DNA from: an uncultured Chloroflexia bacterium
GTDB lineage: Bacteria > Chloroflexota > Dehalococcoidia > DSTF01 > JALHUB01
Assembly: GCA_963703345.1 (NCBI GenBank)
Contig: OY969814.1
Location: 160,001 to 224,000 of the forward strand
Reading direction: 5' to 3'
Length of the DNA: 64,000 nucleotides
In this document: in pieces, positions 28,086 through 37,062 of the stretch
Numbering within the stretch: the first letter of the stretch is position 1
Layout: each line of letters opens with the position of its first letter
The notes under the pieces: generated by a model
The model's database searches: none
Told to the model about the DNA's origin: nothing
What the model saw: only the letters and a program-made list of their open reading frames with translations
Position numbers and translations under genes: made by a program

Positions 28086-29237
28086 ATGGTTAACGGCAGG
28101 GAGGTCTTGAGATTCGGAGTCGCCGGCTCCGGCAACCGGAGTCAGGCGTATGCCCACGTCCTTGCGCAGCTAGAAGGGGCGCGCATGGCGGCGATAGCGG
28201 CGGGAAGTCGCGTCGCGGCCGATTTGCAGAGGAACATCCCGGGGCTGGCCGTCGAGAGGGACGTGAGCGGCCTGATCAGGCGCCCCGGCATTGACGCCCT
28301 GATCTTCGCCGATCCGGTGGTCGACCTCACGGCTCTGGTCCGACGAGCCCTCCTCGCTGACAAGCACGTACTGGCGACCGTGTCGTTGCCCATGACCTGC
28401 GGTCAGTTCGAAGAGCTCGCGTTGCTGGCGCGAAGACACGGCCGGCTGCTGATGTTCACTGAAGAGCGCTCGTTCCAGCCGGGGCTCGTCTTTCTGAAAT
28501 GGATGCTTTCCGGCGGAAAGAACCTCTGGCACCCGAGCTACGTTCGCGCCGTCTCGGCGCCCGGCGGCAACGGTGCGACTCCGCTAATCGGCGTCGTCAT
28601 CCTAGAAGAGCTGGCGCTGTGTTCTCGCCTTCTCGGGGAGAGCCCGACATCTGTCAGCGGAATTGTCCCTCGAGCGAACACGGAAACGGTACCGACTGCG
28701 GCTTTCCTCAACATGCTCTACGCGGACGGGCGAGCCGTCTCGCTGCAGATGAGCTCGACAGAGACGCAGGAGACCCGGCAGTGGACGCTAGCCACTCCGT
28801 CCAAGACTGTGCTGCTCGACGAGTGCGACCTGCGTTCGCCGCTGCGGATCGTCTCATCCGATCCAGAGGCGGCGCGCGGCGCCCTGCTTCGCGTCAATCC
28901 TCCCGTTCCGCTTTCGGAGTGGCCGACTGAGAGTACGGTCACGCCGCCGCTCCAATCTACGGACGTGAAGCTTGAGCAGTGCCGGCATTTCATGCAGAGC
29001 GTGATGAAGCCGGACCTGACTCAGACCAACGCGTCGTTCTGGGCGGAAGTGGCGCTCATATTCGAGGCGGTCCAGGAATCCATTCGCCTGGGGGGCATGC
29101 CAGTCAACCTGAACGCGGCGACGGAGCCGCAGCGGCGAGTTGCCGGCGAACGCCCCAAATTGCGTCTCATCCACGGGAAGGGAACAGGCGACATCGAGGC
29201 CCGGAAGAGGCCAGCGTTGACCCTCGTTCCACGCTAA
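28086..29237 (+). CDS. Gfo/Idh/MocA-like fold protein, catalytically degenerate
   Basis: FGVAGSG Rossmann start; ALLADKHVLA followed by TVS instead of EKP. Confidence 0.65.
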   Translation: MVNGREVLRFGVAGSGNRSQAYAHVLAQLEGARMAAIAAGSRVAADLQRNIPGLAVERDVSGLIRRPGIDALIFADPVVDLTALVRRALLADKHVLATVSLPMTCGQFEELALLARRHGRLLMFTEERSFQPGLVFLKWMLSGGKNLWHPSYVRAVSAPGGNGATPLIGVVILEELALCSRLLGESPTSVSGIVPRANTETVPTAAFLNMLYADGRAVSLQMSSTETQETRQWTLATPSKTVLLDECDLRSPLRIVSSDPEAARGALLRVNPPVPLSEWPTESTVTPPLQSTDVKLEQCRHFMQSVMKPDLTQTNASFWAEVALIFEAVQESIRLGGMPVNLNAATEPQRRVAGERPKLRLIHGKGTGDIEARKRPALTLVPR

Positions 29238-29272
29238 GGAAAGTTCCTCGCTCCAAGGATCGTGCCACGTCC

Positions 29273-29467
29273 CTATTCTGAAGCCGGCTTGGAGCCCTTC
29301 CCGTTACCGCGTTGCTCTTCGTCGCAGAGCTCCTCGCGCAGAACGATGATCTCCTCCGGAGCGCAGATGCCCAGTTTGACGCGGTCCCGTTCTACGCCGA
29401 GAACTCGCACTAGGATGTTGTCGTGGATGACGATCGCCTGGTCAATCTTGCGAGTCAGGATAAGCAT
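29273..29467 (-). CDS. csrA: Carbon storage regulator CsrA/RsmA
   Basis: MLILTRKIDQAIVI...VKLGICAPEEIIVLREEL. Confidence 0.93.
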   Translation of the reverse strand: MLILTRKIDQAIVIHDNILVRVLGVERDRVKLGICAPEEIIVLREELCDEEQRGNGKGSKPASE

Positions 29468-29722
29468 TGGTTGTCACGCTATCATCGGGCATCGGAGTGA
29501 GGTCTTCCCGCCATACCCCTGGCTCTGACTCGACCTCTTTTGCCGCCGAGCCCGCATCTTTTCTTGCTGCAACGTAGTTATCGGCAGGAGTTGCCGGAAC
29601 AATCAGAGGCGGAGGCTACGGGGATGAAGAAAAGGCGGGCTCGCGACAAAGATAAGGGATGAATCGTGGTCCGGGTGGACTATGTCGAAGAAGAGACGTG
29701 TTGCGGAAGAAACCCCGCCCAC

Positions 29723-30007
29723 CTATTCAGGGAGGACCATGGTTGCGCGGCGAAGGACTTCTTGCGCCGCTTCCAGTGAGTCGACGGCCAGGCAATCGCA
29801 ATAGGTAGCATAGATGCACTTGTCTAGGAGCCTCGTCCCTTCGAAGTTGAGCTGTCCACCATAGCTCTTCCTGAGGTCAAGGAGACGCTGGAGCCGTCGA
29901 AGAAACATCTGCTGCAGCGCTATCTGGGGGCATTCGGCCAGCAACGGAGCCAGCGCCGTCTCTTCCTGCTCGGTGTCGGTTGCGCTAAATCCTTGCCATT
30001 CGTCCAT
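29723..30007 (-). CDS. Hypothetical protein (helical, YCDC motif)
   Basis: 94 aa, 11 nt downstream of the response regulator; SD-like GAGGA. Confidence 0.7.
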   Translation of the reverse strand: MDEWQGFSATDTEQEETALAPLLAECPQIALQQMFLRRLQRLLDLRKSYGGQLNFEGTRLLDKCIYATYCDCLAVDSLEAAQEVLRRATMVLPE

Positions 30008-30018
30008 ATCGGGATTCC

Positions 30019-30795
30019 TCAGACGGCGGTCGCCTCGTCCGTCATGCCGGGCGCGGCCTCCAGGTTCACGATCCCCTTGCGGATGGCGTAGCGAATCAGG
30101 TCGGTGCGGTTCTGGGCGTGGAGTTTGCTCATGATGTGCGCCTTGTGCGCCTCGACCGTCTTGACGCTGATGAAGAGGTCCTCCGCCACGCGCTGGTTCG
30201 AGTGACCCTCCGCGATTAGCTGCAGCACTTCGCGTTCGCGGCTCGTCAGCAGCTCATATCCCGCCTTGCCGTCGCCCTTCTGCGCCTGCCAGAGGAATTC
30301 GCTGATGGGGACAGTGTCGGAGATGATGGAACTGAAATAGGTGTTGCCGCGGTGGACGGCCTGAATCCCCAGGAGCAGCTCTGTGACGTCGGACTTCTTG
30401 ACAACGTAGCCGGAAGCGCCGGCGCGCAGGGCGGCCATTATCTGGTCGTCCTCCATGTAGCCGGTCAGGATGAGCACTCTCGTCTTGGGCACCCGCTTGC
30501 GTATCTGCCGCGTCGCCTCCAGGCCGTTGAGGCCCTGCATGACCATGTCCATCAGGACGACGTCCGGCAAAAGCTTCTCGGCGCTCTCTACGGCTTCGCG
30601 CCCGTTGCTGACGTCGCCGACCACTTCCACCTCCTGATGCGCATCGAGAAGGAGTCGCAGCGCCTGCCGCAGCACGGCGTGATCGTCGACGAGGAGGATC
30701 CGAATCCGACCGTTGGAGCGGCTCCAGGGCGACCCCTCAGTGGCATTCCTTGCTCGTGGCGCCAATCCCTTAGCGGTACCAGTTCCATCTTCCAT
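30019..30795 (-). CDS. NarL/FixJ-family response regulator
   Basis: LLVDDH; PDVVLMD; LTSREREVLQLIAEGHSN...SVKTVEAHKAHIMSKL. Confidence 0.95.
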   Translation of the reverse strand: MEDGTGTAKGLAPRARNATEGSPWSRSNGRIRILLVDDHAVLRQALRLLLDAHQEVEVVGDVSNGREAVESAEKLLPDVVLMDMVMQGLNGLEATRQIRKRVPKTRVLILTGYMEDDQIMAALRAGASGYVVKKSDVTELLLGIQAVHRGNTYFSSIISDTVPISEFLWQAQKGDGKAGYELLTSREREVLQLIAEGHSNQRVAEDLFISVKTVEAHKAHIMSKLHAQNRTDLIRYAIRKGIVNLEAAPGMTDEATAV

Positions 30796-30918
30796 ACAGC
30801 ACTCCTTGCTGACCTGCCGCCCGGATATCCTTCAGATTCAAACCCTGCTGACGGGCAAAAAATCTATCACAATCATCCAGAATTGGCAAGCGAAAGCTTG
30901 CGGAAAAGTTCTCTTACG

Positions 30919-31137
30919 CTATTGCTCGTCATCCAGCGGGCCATACAGGGTGCTTAGGCCGCCGCTTGGACCACCCATCGTCAGCTCCTGGTAATCATCG
31001 AAGCGTTCGGTTGTTTCCAGTCGCGCCGGGTATTCGCGCCTGGCGTCGCAGATCTTGCAGACAGCGCTGATGACTTCGTTGTGGGGTTCCGTGAGCACCC
31101 AGTGGTGCTGGCAAAGGCGGACCGCTGTCTCTTCCAC
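30919..31137 (-). CDS. Small putative Zn-binding protein (CxHHW...CxxC)
   Basis: CQHHWVL...CKICDARREY; GTG start after GAGGA. Confidence 0.65.
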   Translation of the reverse strand: MEETAVRLCQHHWVLTEPHNEVISAVCKICDARREYPARLETTERFDDYQELTMGGPSGGLSTLYGPLDDEQ

Positions 31138-31377
31138 TTTGATTCCTCTGACTCCCTTCAGAATCATCTGCTGGCAGTCTAGCTTCCCAAGCCGTCCATC
31201 TCTATCAGGGGAAACCCTTACATAATCGACATTATGCCCCTATTTCCGAAGACCGCCTGAGGGCAGGTGATCAACGGACGGGACGGTACGCTAAGGTGGG
31301 GAAATGAGCGTCGTCGAGGGAAGCGGCGACGAGCGCCCGAAAGAGGCGCCGCGATTCAGTTCTGTCCGGCTGGCGGC

Positions 31378-31755
31378 CTAAGTGATGAAGCGGTGGGACA
31401 GGAGAGGCTCAAGACGTCTGTGTCGCAGATAGCGCAGGTACACCTCGTGCGCGTTGTTGAGTGCGGTGCAGATGGCTCTTTGCGGCGGTCCCGCGTATCG
31501 CCGCTGAAACTCGGCCGTCGCTGCGTCGAATTCGGTCCGCAGGCTCCTGCCCAAGAGGAGGCTCGTCAGGAGGCGGTTTGCTGCCGGCAAAGGTCCGCTC
31601 ACCTCAACAGCAGTTATCAGAGCGTCCTCGCCTTCCACCTCCAGCTCGACGAGGACTATCGGGGCGTCGCTGGGTGAGAGGCTCTGAGGCAGTCGGGCGT
31701 GGCCGACGAAGACGAGCCTCTCCTGGTCCGCTTCTTCAGATTCGGCGTTGCTCAT
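31378..31755 (-). CDS. DUF3870-like protein
   Basis: FVGHARLPQ; RRYAGPPQRAICTAL pattern. Confidence 0.65.
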   Translation of the reverse strand: MSNAESEEADQERLVFVGHARLPQSLSPSDAPIVLVELEVEGEDALITAVEVSGPLPAANRLLTSLLLGRSLRTEFDAATAEFQRRYAGPPQRAICTALNNAHEVYLRYLRHRRLEPLLSHRFIT

Positions 31756-31874
31756 GGTCGCATCCTTGCCCACAAGAGAAAACGCGCCAGTAACAACACG
31801 GACGCTAGCGCGACAAGGGCGGGTTGTGGGGAAAGACGGAGGAAAGGAAGCGCAAAGATCGACATAAGCGGCGC

Positions 31875-31909
31875 AAGAAAAGAGGAGCGCCAGTTATGGC
31901 GCTCCTCTT
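31875..31909 (-). terminator. Rho-independent terminator
   Basis: AAGAGGAGCGCCA-TAAC-TGGCGCTCCTCTT followed by TTCTT on the minus strand, right after the Zn-ribbon gene. Confidence 0.8.
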
Positions 31910-31936
31910 GCTTATACTTGCGTCCCAGTCCGCGCT

Positions 31937-32146
31937 CTAGAGGCGAAGTTTGCCGTGCGAAGGCTGGCGGCGTCTCTGGCGGACGCGACCGCTCTCGTCT
32001 TCTTCCAGGAGCTCGATTGCCGGAGGCGATACCGCCTCGTGGACGTATCCACAGGAGAGGCAACTGCTGTAGGTTCCGTACCAGTCTCTCTCAGCGATCA
32101 TTGAACCCCGGCAACGCGGGCAGACTCGAGGCAGCGTCGATTCCAT
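31937..32146 (-). CDS. 69-aa zinc-ribbon protein (CxxC-x16-CxxC) with basic tail
   Basis: CPRCRG...CLSCGY; SD GGAGG; own promoter, riboswitch and terminator. Confidence 0.85.
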   Translation of the reverse strand: MESTLPRVCPRCRGSMIAERDWYGTYSSCLSCGYVHEAVSPPAIELLEEDESGRVRQRRRQPSHGKLRL

Positions 32147-32199
32147 CTAGTTTTCCTCCGGCAATACTACTCTGTGAACTGCTGGTCGAGTCCCTTCGC

Positions 32200-32307
32200 T
32201 GCCTCCGAGGTTAGCTGTCGGGTTCGGGTTGAAAGGCCACCCTACCCGCTCCTCGCGGGATTCACCCCTAGAACGTGGTTCCCCCGTTCCCAAGAGGGTT
32301 TCGGCAC
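32200..32307 (-). ncRNA. c-di-AMP riboswitch (ydaO/yuaA)
   Basis: Minus strand TGCCGAA..GGGAACGGGGGAACCA..GGGGTGAATCC..TAGGG..CCCGAACCCGACAGCTAACCTCGGAGGCA contains the ydaO consensus blocks in order. Confidence 0.92.
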
Positions 32308-32346
32308 TCATATCAGGCAGTCATAACCAGCGAAACAACCGCCTTT

Positions 32347-32375
32347 ATTATATGTTCCGCTTCCCTGCCCGTCAA
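32347..32375 (-). promoter_or_regulatory. Near-consensus sigma70 promoter driving the riboswitch leader
   Basis: TTGACG-N17-TATAAT. Confidence 0.85.
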
Positions 32376-32399
32376 CTTCCGGTAAGTACCCGTCGTGAG

Positions 32400-33191
32400 C
32401 TACATCACCGAAGCGGTAATTCCACCGTCAACCTGGATTGTGGCCCCGGTTATCTGCCGCGCCGGCTCCGAAGCAAGGAACACGACAAGCGCCGCAACGT
32501 CCTCGGCGCTGCCCATGTGCCCGAGAGGAATGCGCTTGTTCTCCTCGGCCGCTATCTCGTCGTAGGGACGCCCTTCCGCCTCGGCCCGCGACCGCATGAG
32601 CGATTCCATCCTCGCTGTAAGCGTGGGTCCCGGGCAGACGTTGTTCACGAGGATGTTGTCCGGCCCCAACTCTCGCGACAGTGTCTTGGCAAGGCCCACT
32701 ACAGCGAGGCGAGCCGAGTTCGAGAGAATGAGGCCGTCGAGGGGCTGCTTGACGGCGTACGAGGTGATGTTGATGATTCTGCCGCCGCCCTGCTTCCTCA
32801 GGTGCGGCAGCGCGGCACGGATGGTGCGAACGGCGCTCAGGAAGTTCTGGTCCAAGGCCGCCTGCCAGGCCTCGTCGGCGTGGCGCTCAAAAGCGCCGAA
32901 GGGCGGACCGCCGGCATTGTTCACGACGATGTCCAATCGGCCGAATCGCTTGACCGTCTCCGCCACGAAACGTTCGATGTCCGCCGCCCGCGACATGTCG
33001 CAGACCACGGGCAAAGCGTCCAGTCCGCCGGCTAATCGGATCTCTCCCGCCGCCTCAATAAGCGGCTGCTCATTGCGCCCACAGATCGCGACGCGGCAGC
33101 CCTCTCTGGCAAGACCCATCGCAACGGCTTTGCCTATGCCTCGACTCGCTCCGCCGACGAGAGCGACTTTTCCCTTGAGTCCCAGTTCCAT
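32400..33191 (-). CDS. Short-chain dehydrogenase/reductase
   Basis: GASRGIG; NNAGG; SNSAR variant active site; VNNVCPG. Confidence 0.92.
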   Translation of the reverse strand: MELGLKGKVALVGGASRGIGKAVAMGLAREGCRVAICGRNEQPLIEAAGEIRLAGGLDALPVVCDMSRAADIERFVAETVKRFGRLDIVVNNAGGPPFGAFERHADEAWQAALDQNFLSAVRTIRAALPHLRKQGGGRIINITSYAVKQPLDGLILSNSARLAVVGLAKTLSRELGPDNILVNNVCPGPTLTARMESLMRSRAEAEGRPYDEIAAEENKRIPLGHMGSAEDVAALVVFLASEPARQITGATIQVDGGITASVM

Positions 33192-33227
33192 TGCAATCCC
33201 TCACTGAAACAAGTCGAATTTGAACAG

Positions 33228-33902
33228 CTAGTCCAATAGCTCGGCTACCCGCTGCCAAATGATGCGGGCAACCTTTTCCGGCGACGAGGTGGCATCGACG
33301 ACCAGCCAGCGCTCGGGCTGAACGGTGACGAGCTCTTGAAAGCCCCGCCGGACGCGCTCGTGAAACTCCCTGCTCTCGCCGCCGATAGCATCCTCCGCCT
33401 CGTCTCCTGCCGCCTTGCGACCGAGGCCGTCGTCCACAGGGATGTCCAGCAGGACCGAGAGGTCAGGTAGCAGCCCGTCTGCGGCGAGATCGCAGGCCTT
33501 CCGAACGGCTTCGACGTCGAGCCCGCGCCCGTAGCCCTGATAAGCAATCGTGGAAGCGCTGTAGCGATCGCAGATGACGATTGTCCCCTTCTCTAGGGCG
33601 GGACGTATGACTTCCGACAACAATTGAGCGCGCGCGGCCAGGAAAAGAAACAGCTCGGCCGCGGCGGCGAGATCAAGGGCGGCAGGCGCGGCGATCGGAG
33701 AACGGCTCCTGCCCGGCGGACGGAGAATGATTTCGCGCAAATGCTCGCCGAGAGAGGTACCGCCGGGCTCCCGCGTAAGAACAACATCGCGACCAAGCGC
33801 CCGCAAACGTTCCTGGAGCACCAGGGCTTGCGTGGTCTTGCCGGCGCCTTCGCCGCCTTCGAAAGCGATGAAAAGGGCTCTTCGCTGCGTCATCTCGGGC
33901 AT
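33228..33902 (-). CDS. tmk: Thymidylate kinase
   Basis: FEGGEGAGKTTQ; TREPGGT; CDRY...YQGYGRG. Confidence 0.96.
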   Translation of the reverse strand: MPEMTQRRALFIAFEGGEGAGKTTQALVLQERLRALGRDVVLTREPGGTSLGEHLREIILRPPGRSRSPIAAPAALDLAAAAELFLFLAARAQLLSEVIRPALEKGTIVICDRYSASTIAYQGYGRGLDVEAVRKACDLAADGLLPDLSVLLDIPVDDGLGRKAAGDEAEDAIGGESREFHERVRRGFQELVTVQPERWLVVDATSSPEKVARIIWQRVAELLD

Positions 33903-33915
33903 CAGGGCGCGGGCC

Positions 33916-35472
33916 TCACTCTTCCTCGTCCGAAGAGGGTGAGCCGTCCTCGCGAAAAATGCGCACTCTTCGCTGGGGCTCGCGGCCGGAGCTGCGGGAA
34001 GAGAGGCTGTACTTCTGCGCGAGCTGATGCTGAAGACGCCGAATGTAGGAGTTCTGGGGCGCGAGCTCGATCTCGCCGTCGCTGGCCATCACCTGCGAAA
34101 TGGCCGTCTCCGCCTCCTGGAGGGCTGCGGCGACAGGATCGAAGCGCCCCTGGTCGCCGCGCAGCGAGAGAAGGCTTTGCTCCATCTGCGAGATCGTGTT
34201 GCTTCTGAGGACGTAGACCGGAAGACCGCGCGCTTCAGCCTCGCGTAGCGCCTGCGGCTTGCGGCGGTAGAACGTGCGAAGCGTCACTACTACGTCCGCT
34301 TCGCCCAGGCTCTCACTGACGACGGCCGGCGACGCTGTCTGCCGAATCGCCTGCTCCAAACGCTTTTTCGATATGCCGAAGGGGTAGACCCGTCGCGTGA
34401 GGCTCACCGGACGGCTGGGCTGCGCTGCGCCCCACGTCTCGAGGTCGCCTCCCTCGCCGTGGAGCTCGGCGGCGGTCAGGTGGCGCACCTTGCCCTCCGA
34501 GTCCATCTCCCTCACCTCGGCGGGCACTTGGAAGCCGCGCAGGATCGCATCGACGGTCTCCGCGACGTTCTGGTGCACGGCCACGCGGTCGAACGTCTGA
34601 ATCTCAACAACAACGTCGAAGGTCGGCGGTGCCTTCCGTTCGAGGATGGACTTCTGGGTGCCGCGGCGGCGCGCCTCCTCGTCGCCCAACGTCACCGATT
34701 GGATGCCGCCGATGAGATCGGACAGCGTTGGGTTCATCATCAGATTCTCCAGCATATTGCCGTGAGCGGTGGCGACGAGTTGTACACCCCTCTCAGCGAT
34801 CGTACGGGCGGCGGCGGCCTCCAGCTCCGTTCCTATCTCGTCGATGACGATGACCTCCGGCATGTGGTTCTCCACCGCCTCAATCATCACAGCGTGCTGG
34901 CGGTCCGGCGTCGTGACCTGCATTCGGCGGGCGCTGCCAATGGCGGGATGCGGGATGTCGCCATCACCGGCTATCTCATTTGAGGTGTCGACGATTATGA
35001 CGCGCTTGTTCATGTCGTCTGCCAGAACGCGCGCAACCTCGCGCAGCATGGTCGTCTTGCCCACACCCGGCCGCCCGAGCAGCAACGTGCTACGGCCGAT
35101 GCGAATGATGTCTTCGATGACGCGGATGGTGCCGAAAACGGCGCGGCCGACGCGACAGGTCAGACCGACGATGCGCCCCCGTCGATTACGGATGGCGGAT
35201 ATGCGATGCAGCGTCCGCTCTATTCCAGCGCGATTGTCGTCGCCAAACTCGCCGACCCGCGCCGCCACGTGGTCGATATCCTCCTGGCTGACTTCGATGT
35301 TGCTGAGGATGACTTCCCTTCCAGGATAGCGCGCCTCAGGCAGGCGCCCCAGGTCAAGCACGACTTCCAGCAGGTCATGGTTGTCGGGCTGCTGCCTGAG
35401 GGAGGTGCTTATGACGGGAGGCAGAGCTTCGATGAAGGCGTCGAGGTCATCCGTAATGTGCTTTTCCACCAT
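33916..35472 (-). CDS. Ycf45/SpoIIIAA-like AAA ATPase with C-terminal R3H domain
   Basis: [10 protein letters not shown]; GRPGVGKTT; IVDTSNEI; VIDEIG; RRLQH R3H. Confidence 0.9.
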   Translation of the reverse strand: MVEKHITDDLDAFIEALPPVISTSLRQQPDNHDLLEVVLDLGRLPEARYPGREVILSNIEVSQEDIDHVAARVGEFGDDNRAGIERTLHRISAIRNRRGRIVGLTCRVGRAVFGTIRVIEDIIRIGRSTLLLGRPGVGKTTMLREVARVLADDMNKRVIIVDTSNEIAGDGDIPHPAIGSARRMQVTTPDRQHAVMIEAVENHMPEVIVIDEIGTELEAAAARTIAERGVQLVATAHGNMLENLMMNPTLSDLIGGIQSVTLGDEEARRRGTQKSILERKAPPTFDVVVEIQTFDRVAVHQNVAETVDAILRGFQVPAEVREMDSEGKVRHLTAAELHGEGGDLETWGAAQPSRPVSLTRRVYPFGISKKRLEQAIRQTASPAVVSESLGEADVVVTLRTFYRRKPQALREAEARGLPVYVLRSNTISQMEQSLLSLRGDQGRFDPVAAALQEAETAISQVMASDGEIELAPQNSYIRRLQHQLAQKYSLSSRSSGREPQRRVRIFREDGSPSSDEEE

Positions 35473-35499
35473 CGCCTCTCTTGGGGATGAGCCGGGCAT

Positions 35500-36432
35500 C
35501 TAGACAGCCGGAGCCAGTTGCGGCGCGCTTGCGGTAACTGCTGTCCGCTTGACAAGAGCCGCGTACTCAGGCCCCGCATCGAAGCCGCGTTTCAGAAGAG
35601 CATGGCTGAGCTGACTGCCGGACTTGGGAACGAGCGTCAGGACTCGCTTGCCGCCGAACTGCCTGAGCGCCACGTCGAGCAAGGCCTCATGACGTGGCTC
35701 TGACGGGCGCACCAGCAGATCGAAATGAACGGAGTCCGCCTCGGTCGCCGAGCGAACCCAGGCAACGAGCTGTCCTTCGCGATGCGCCACCTGCTGCGAT
35801 ACGCGTCCGACGAGCCAGCTTCGGTCCTGCGAAGCCTTCCATTCGCTGAAAGTCGCTGCCTCGGCGCGCCGGGCCGCCTCCGGCATAGACGCGAGATACA
35901 ACTCGAACAGCGAGAAGTCATCGGCGCGCACGGCTTTGCGGAAAGGCGGAAGGCCCTCGTAGTTGGCGATCAGGATTGTCGGCGAGGAGGAGGTGAAGAG
36001 CATCTCTCGCTGGTACTCAACGAAGCCGAGCCGATGAGCGAGAGGCCGCACGTAGCTGTCGACCGATAGCCGCAAGAACACCTTCTCGACGCCGCAGCGT
36101 CCCGCTTCCTTTAGCGATTGCTCGAGCAGCCCGAGGCAGACCGAGTCATCGTCCTCACTGGCGTTTATCACGCAGTCCAGTTCCCAGGCGCAGTTCGTCC
36201 CGCGCCGCCTGGCCGACACAAGGCCGCGCAGCGTCGCTCCCCTGACGCTGATCCAGGTATGACAGCCGGTGGCGAATGAGAACCACTGCTCCAGGGCGCG
36301 CTCCAGCGGATGCGGCGCGGAATTCGTCCGACCGATGCGCTCTCGCGTCTTCGCCTCGTTCGGAAAGACCCGTCCGTCGAAGGAGACGAGGGCTACGAGG
36401 TCCGTTGGCCGTACTGCTCTTGGACGTGTCAT
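35500..36432 (-). CDS. Hypothetical protein, probable tandem GNAT-like fold
   Basis: RAVRPTDL and RKAVRADD repeat starts; HRLGF and LKRGF motif-B-like ends; overlaps the pdxT stop. Confidence 0.6.
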   Translation of the reverse strand: MTRPRAVRPTDLVALVSFDGRVFPNEAKTRERIGRTNSAPHPLERALEQWFSFATGCHTWISVRGATLRGLVSARRRGTNCAWELDCVINASEDDDSVCLGLLEQSLKEAGRCGVEKVFLRLSVDSYVRPLAHRLGFVEYQREMLFTSSSPTILIANYEGLPPFRKAVRADDFSLFELYLASMPEAARRAEAATFSEWKASQDRSWLVGRVSQQVAHREGQLVAWVRSATEADSVHFDLLVRPSEPRHEALLDVALRQFGGKRVLTLVPKSGSQLSHALLKRGFDAGPEYAALVKRTAVTASAPQLAPAV

Positions 36433-37046
36433 AACGCAGTGGAGGCCACTCTCTCCCGTTTCGCGGCGCCGGTCGCGGCCGTGGCGACGATCTCGACGAA
36501 GTAGCGGTGAAAACGGAGATCCGCCGTAAGCTCTGGGTGAAACGTCGTGCCGAGGACGTTGCCTTGCCGGACGGCGACCACTCTGTCGCGAACTCGCGCC
36601 AGGCAGTCCACCTCCGGTCCGAGATCGGTGACGATGGGCGGCCGTATGAAAACGGCCCAAAACGGTGCCGCGCCCAGGACGGGAACGTCGATGTCCGTCT
36701 CGAAGCTGTCGACCTGGCGCCCCCAGCCGTTTCGCTCGACGGAGATATCGACGGCGTTCAGAGTGGGAAAGGGCATGTCCGTCGACCGGCGGGCGAGGAT
36801 TATCATGCCGGCGCAGGTGCCCCAGACAGGCAGGCCCTTCGCGATCATTCGCGATAGGGGCGAGAAGAGCCGGTATTCCCGCAGGAGATGCGAGATCGTC
36901 GTGCTTTCGCCGCCCGGTATGACGAGCCCGTGGAGCCCCGTCAGTTCTTCAGGCAGCCTAACCTCGGAAGCGGGCACGTCGAGACGGCGGAACGACCGAA
37001 CGTGTTCTGCGAAAGACCCTTGAAGGGCCAGCACGCCGATGCGCAT
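36429..37046 (-). CDS. pdxT: PLP synthase glutaminase subunit
   Basis: GVLALQG; PGGEST; GTCAGMI; FHPEL. Confidence 0.96.
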   Translation of the reverse strand: MRIGVLALQGSFAEHVRSFRRLDVPASEVRLPEELTGLHGLVIPGGESTTISHLLREYRLFSPLSRMIAKGLPVWGTCAGMIILARRSTDMPFPTLNAVDISVERNGWGRQVDSFETDIDVPVLGAAPFWAVFIRPPIVTDLGPEVDCLARVRDRVVAVRQGNVLGTTFHPELTADLRFHRYFVEIVATAATGAAKRERVASTAL

Positions 37047-37062
37047 TATCCCTGGCTGCAAG

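Noticed and set aside
32180-32331. 6S RNA, or a LexA box at 32271
   Set aside because: The sequence blocks match the ydaO riboswitch; the GAAC/GTTC spacing is 3 nt, not 4
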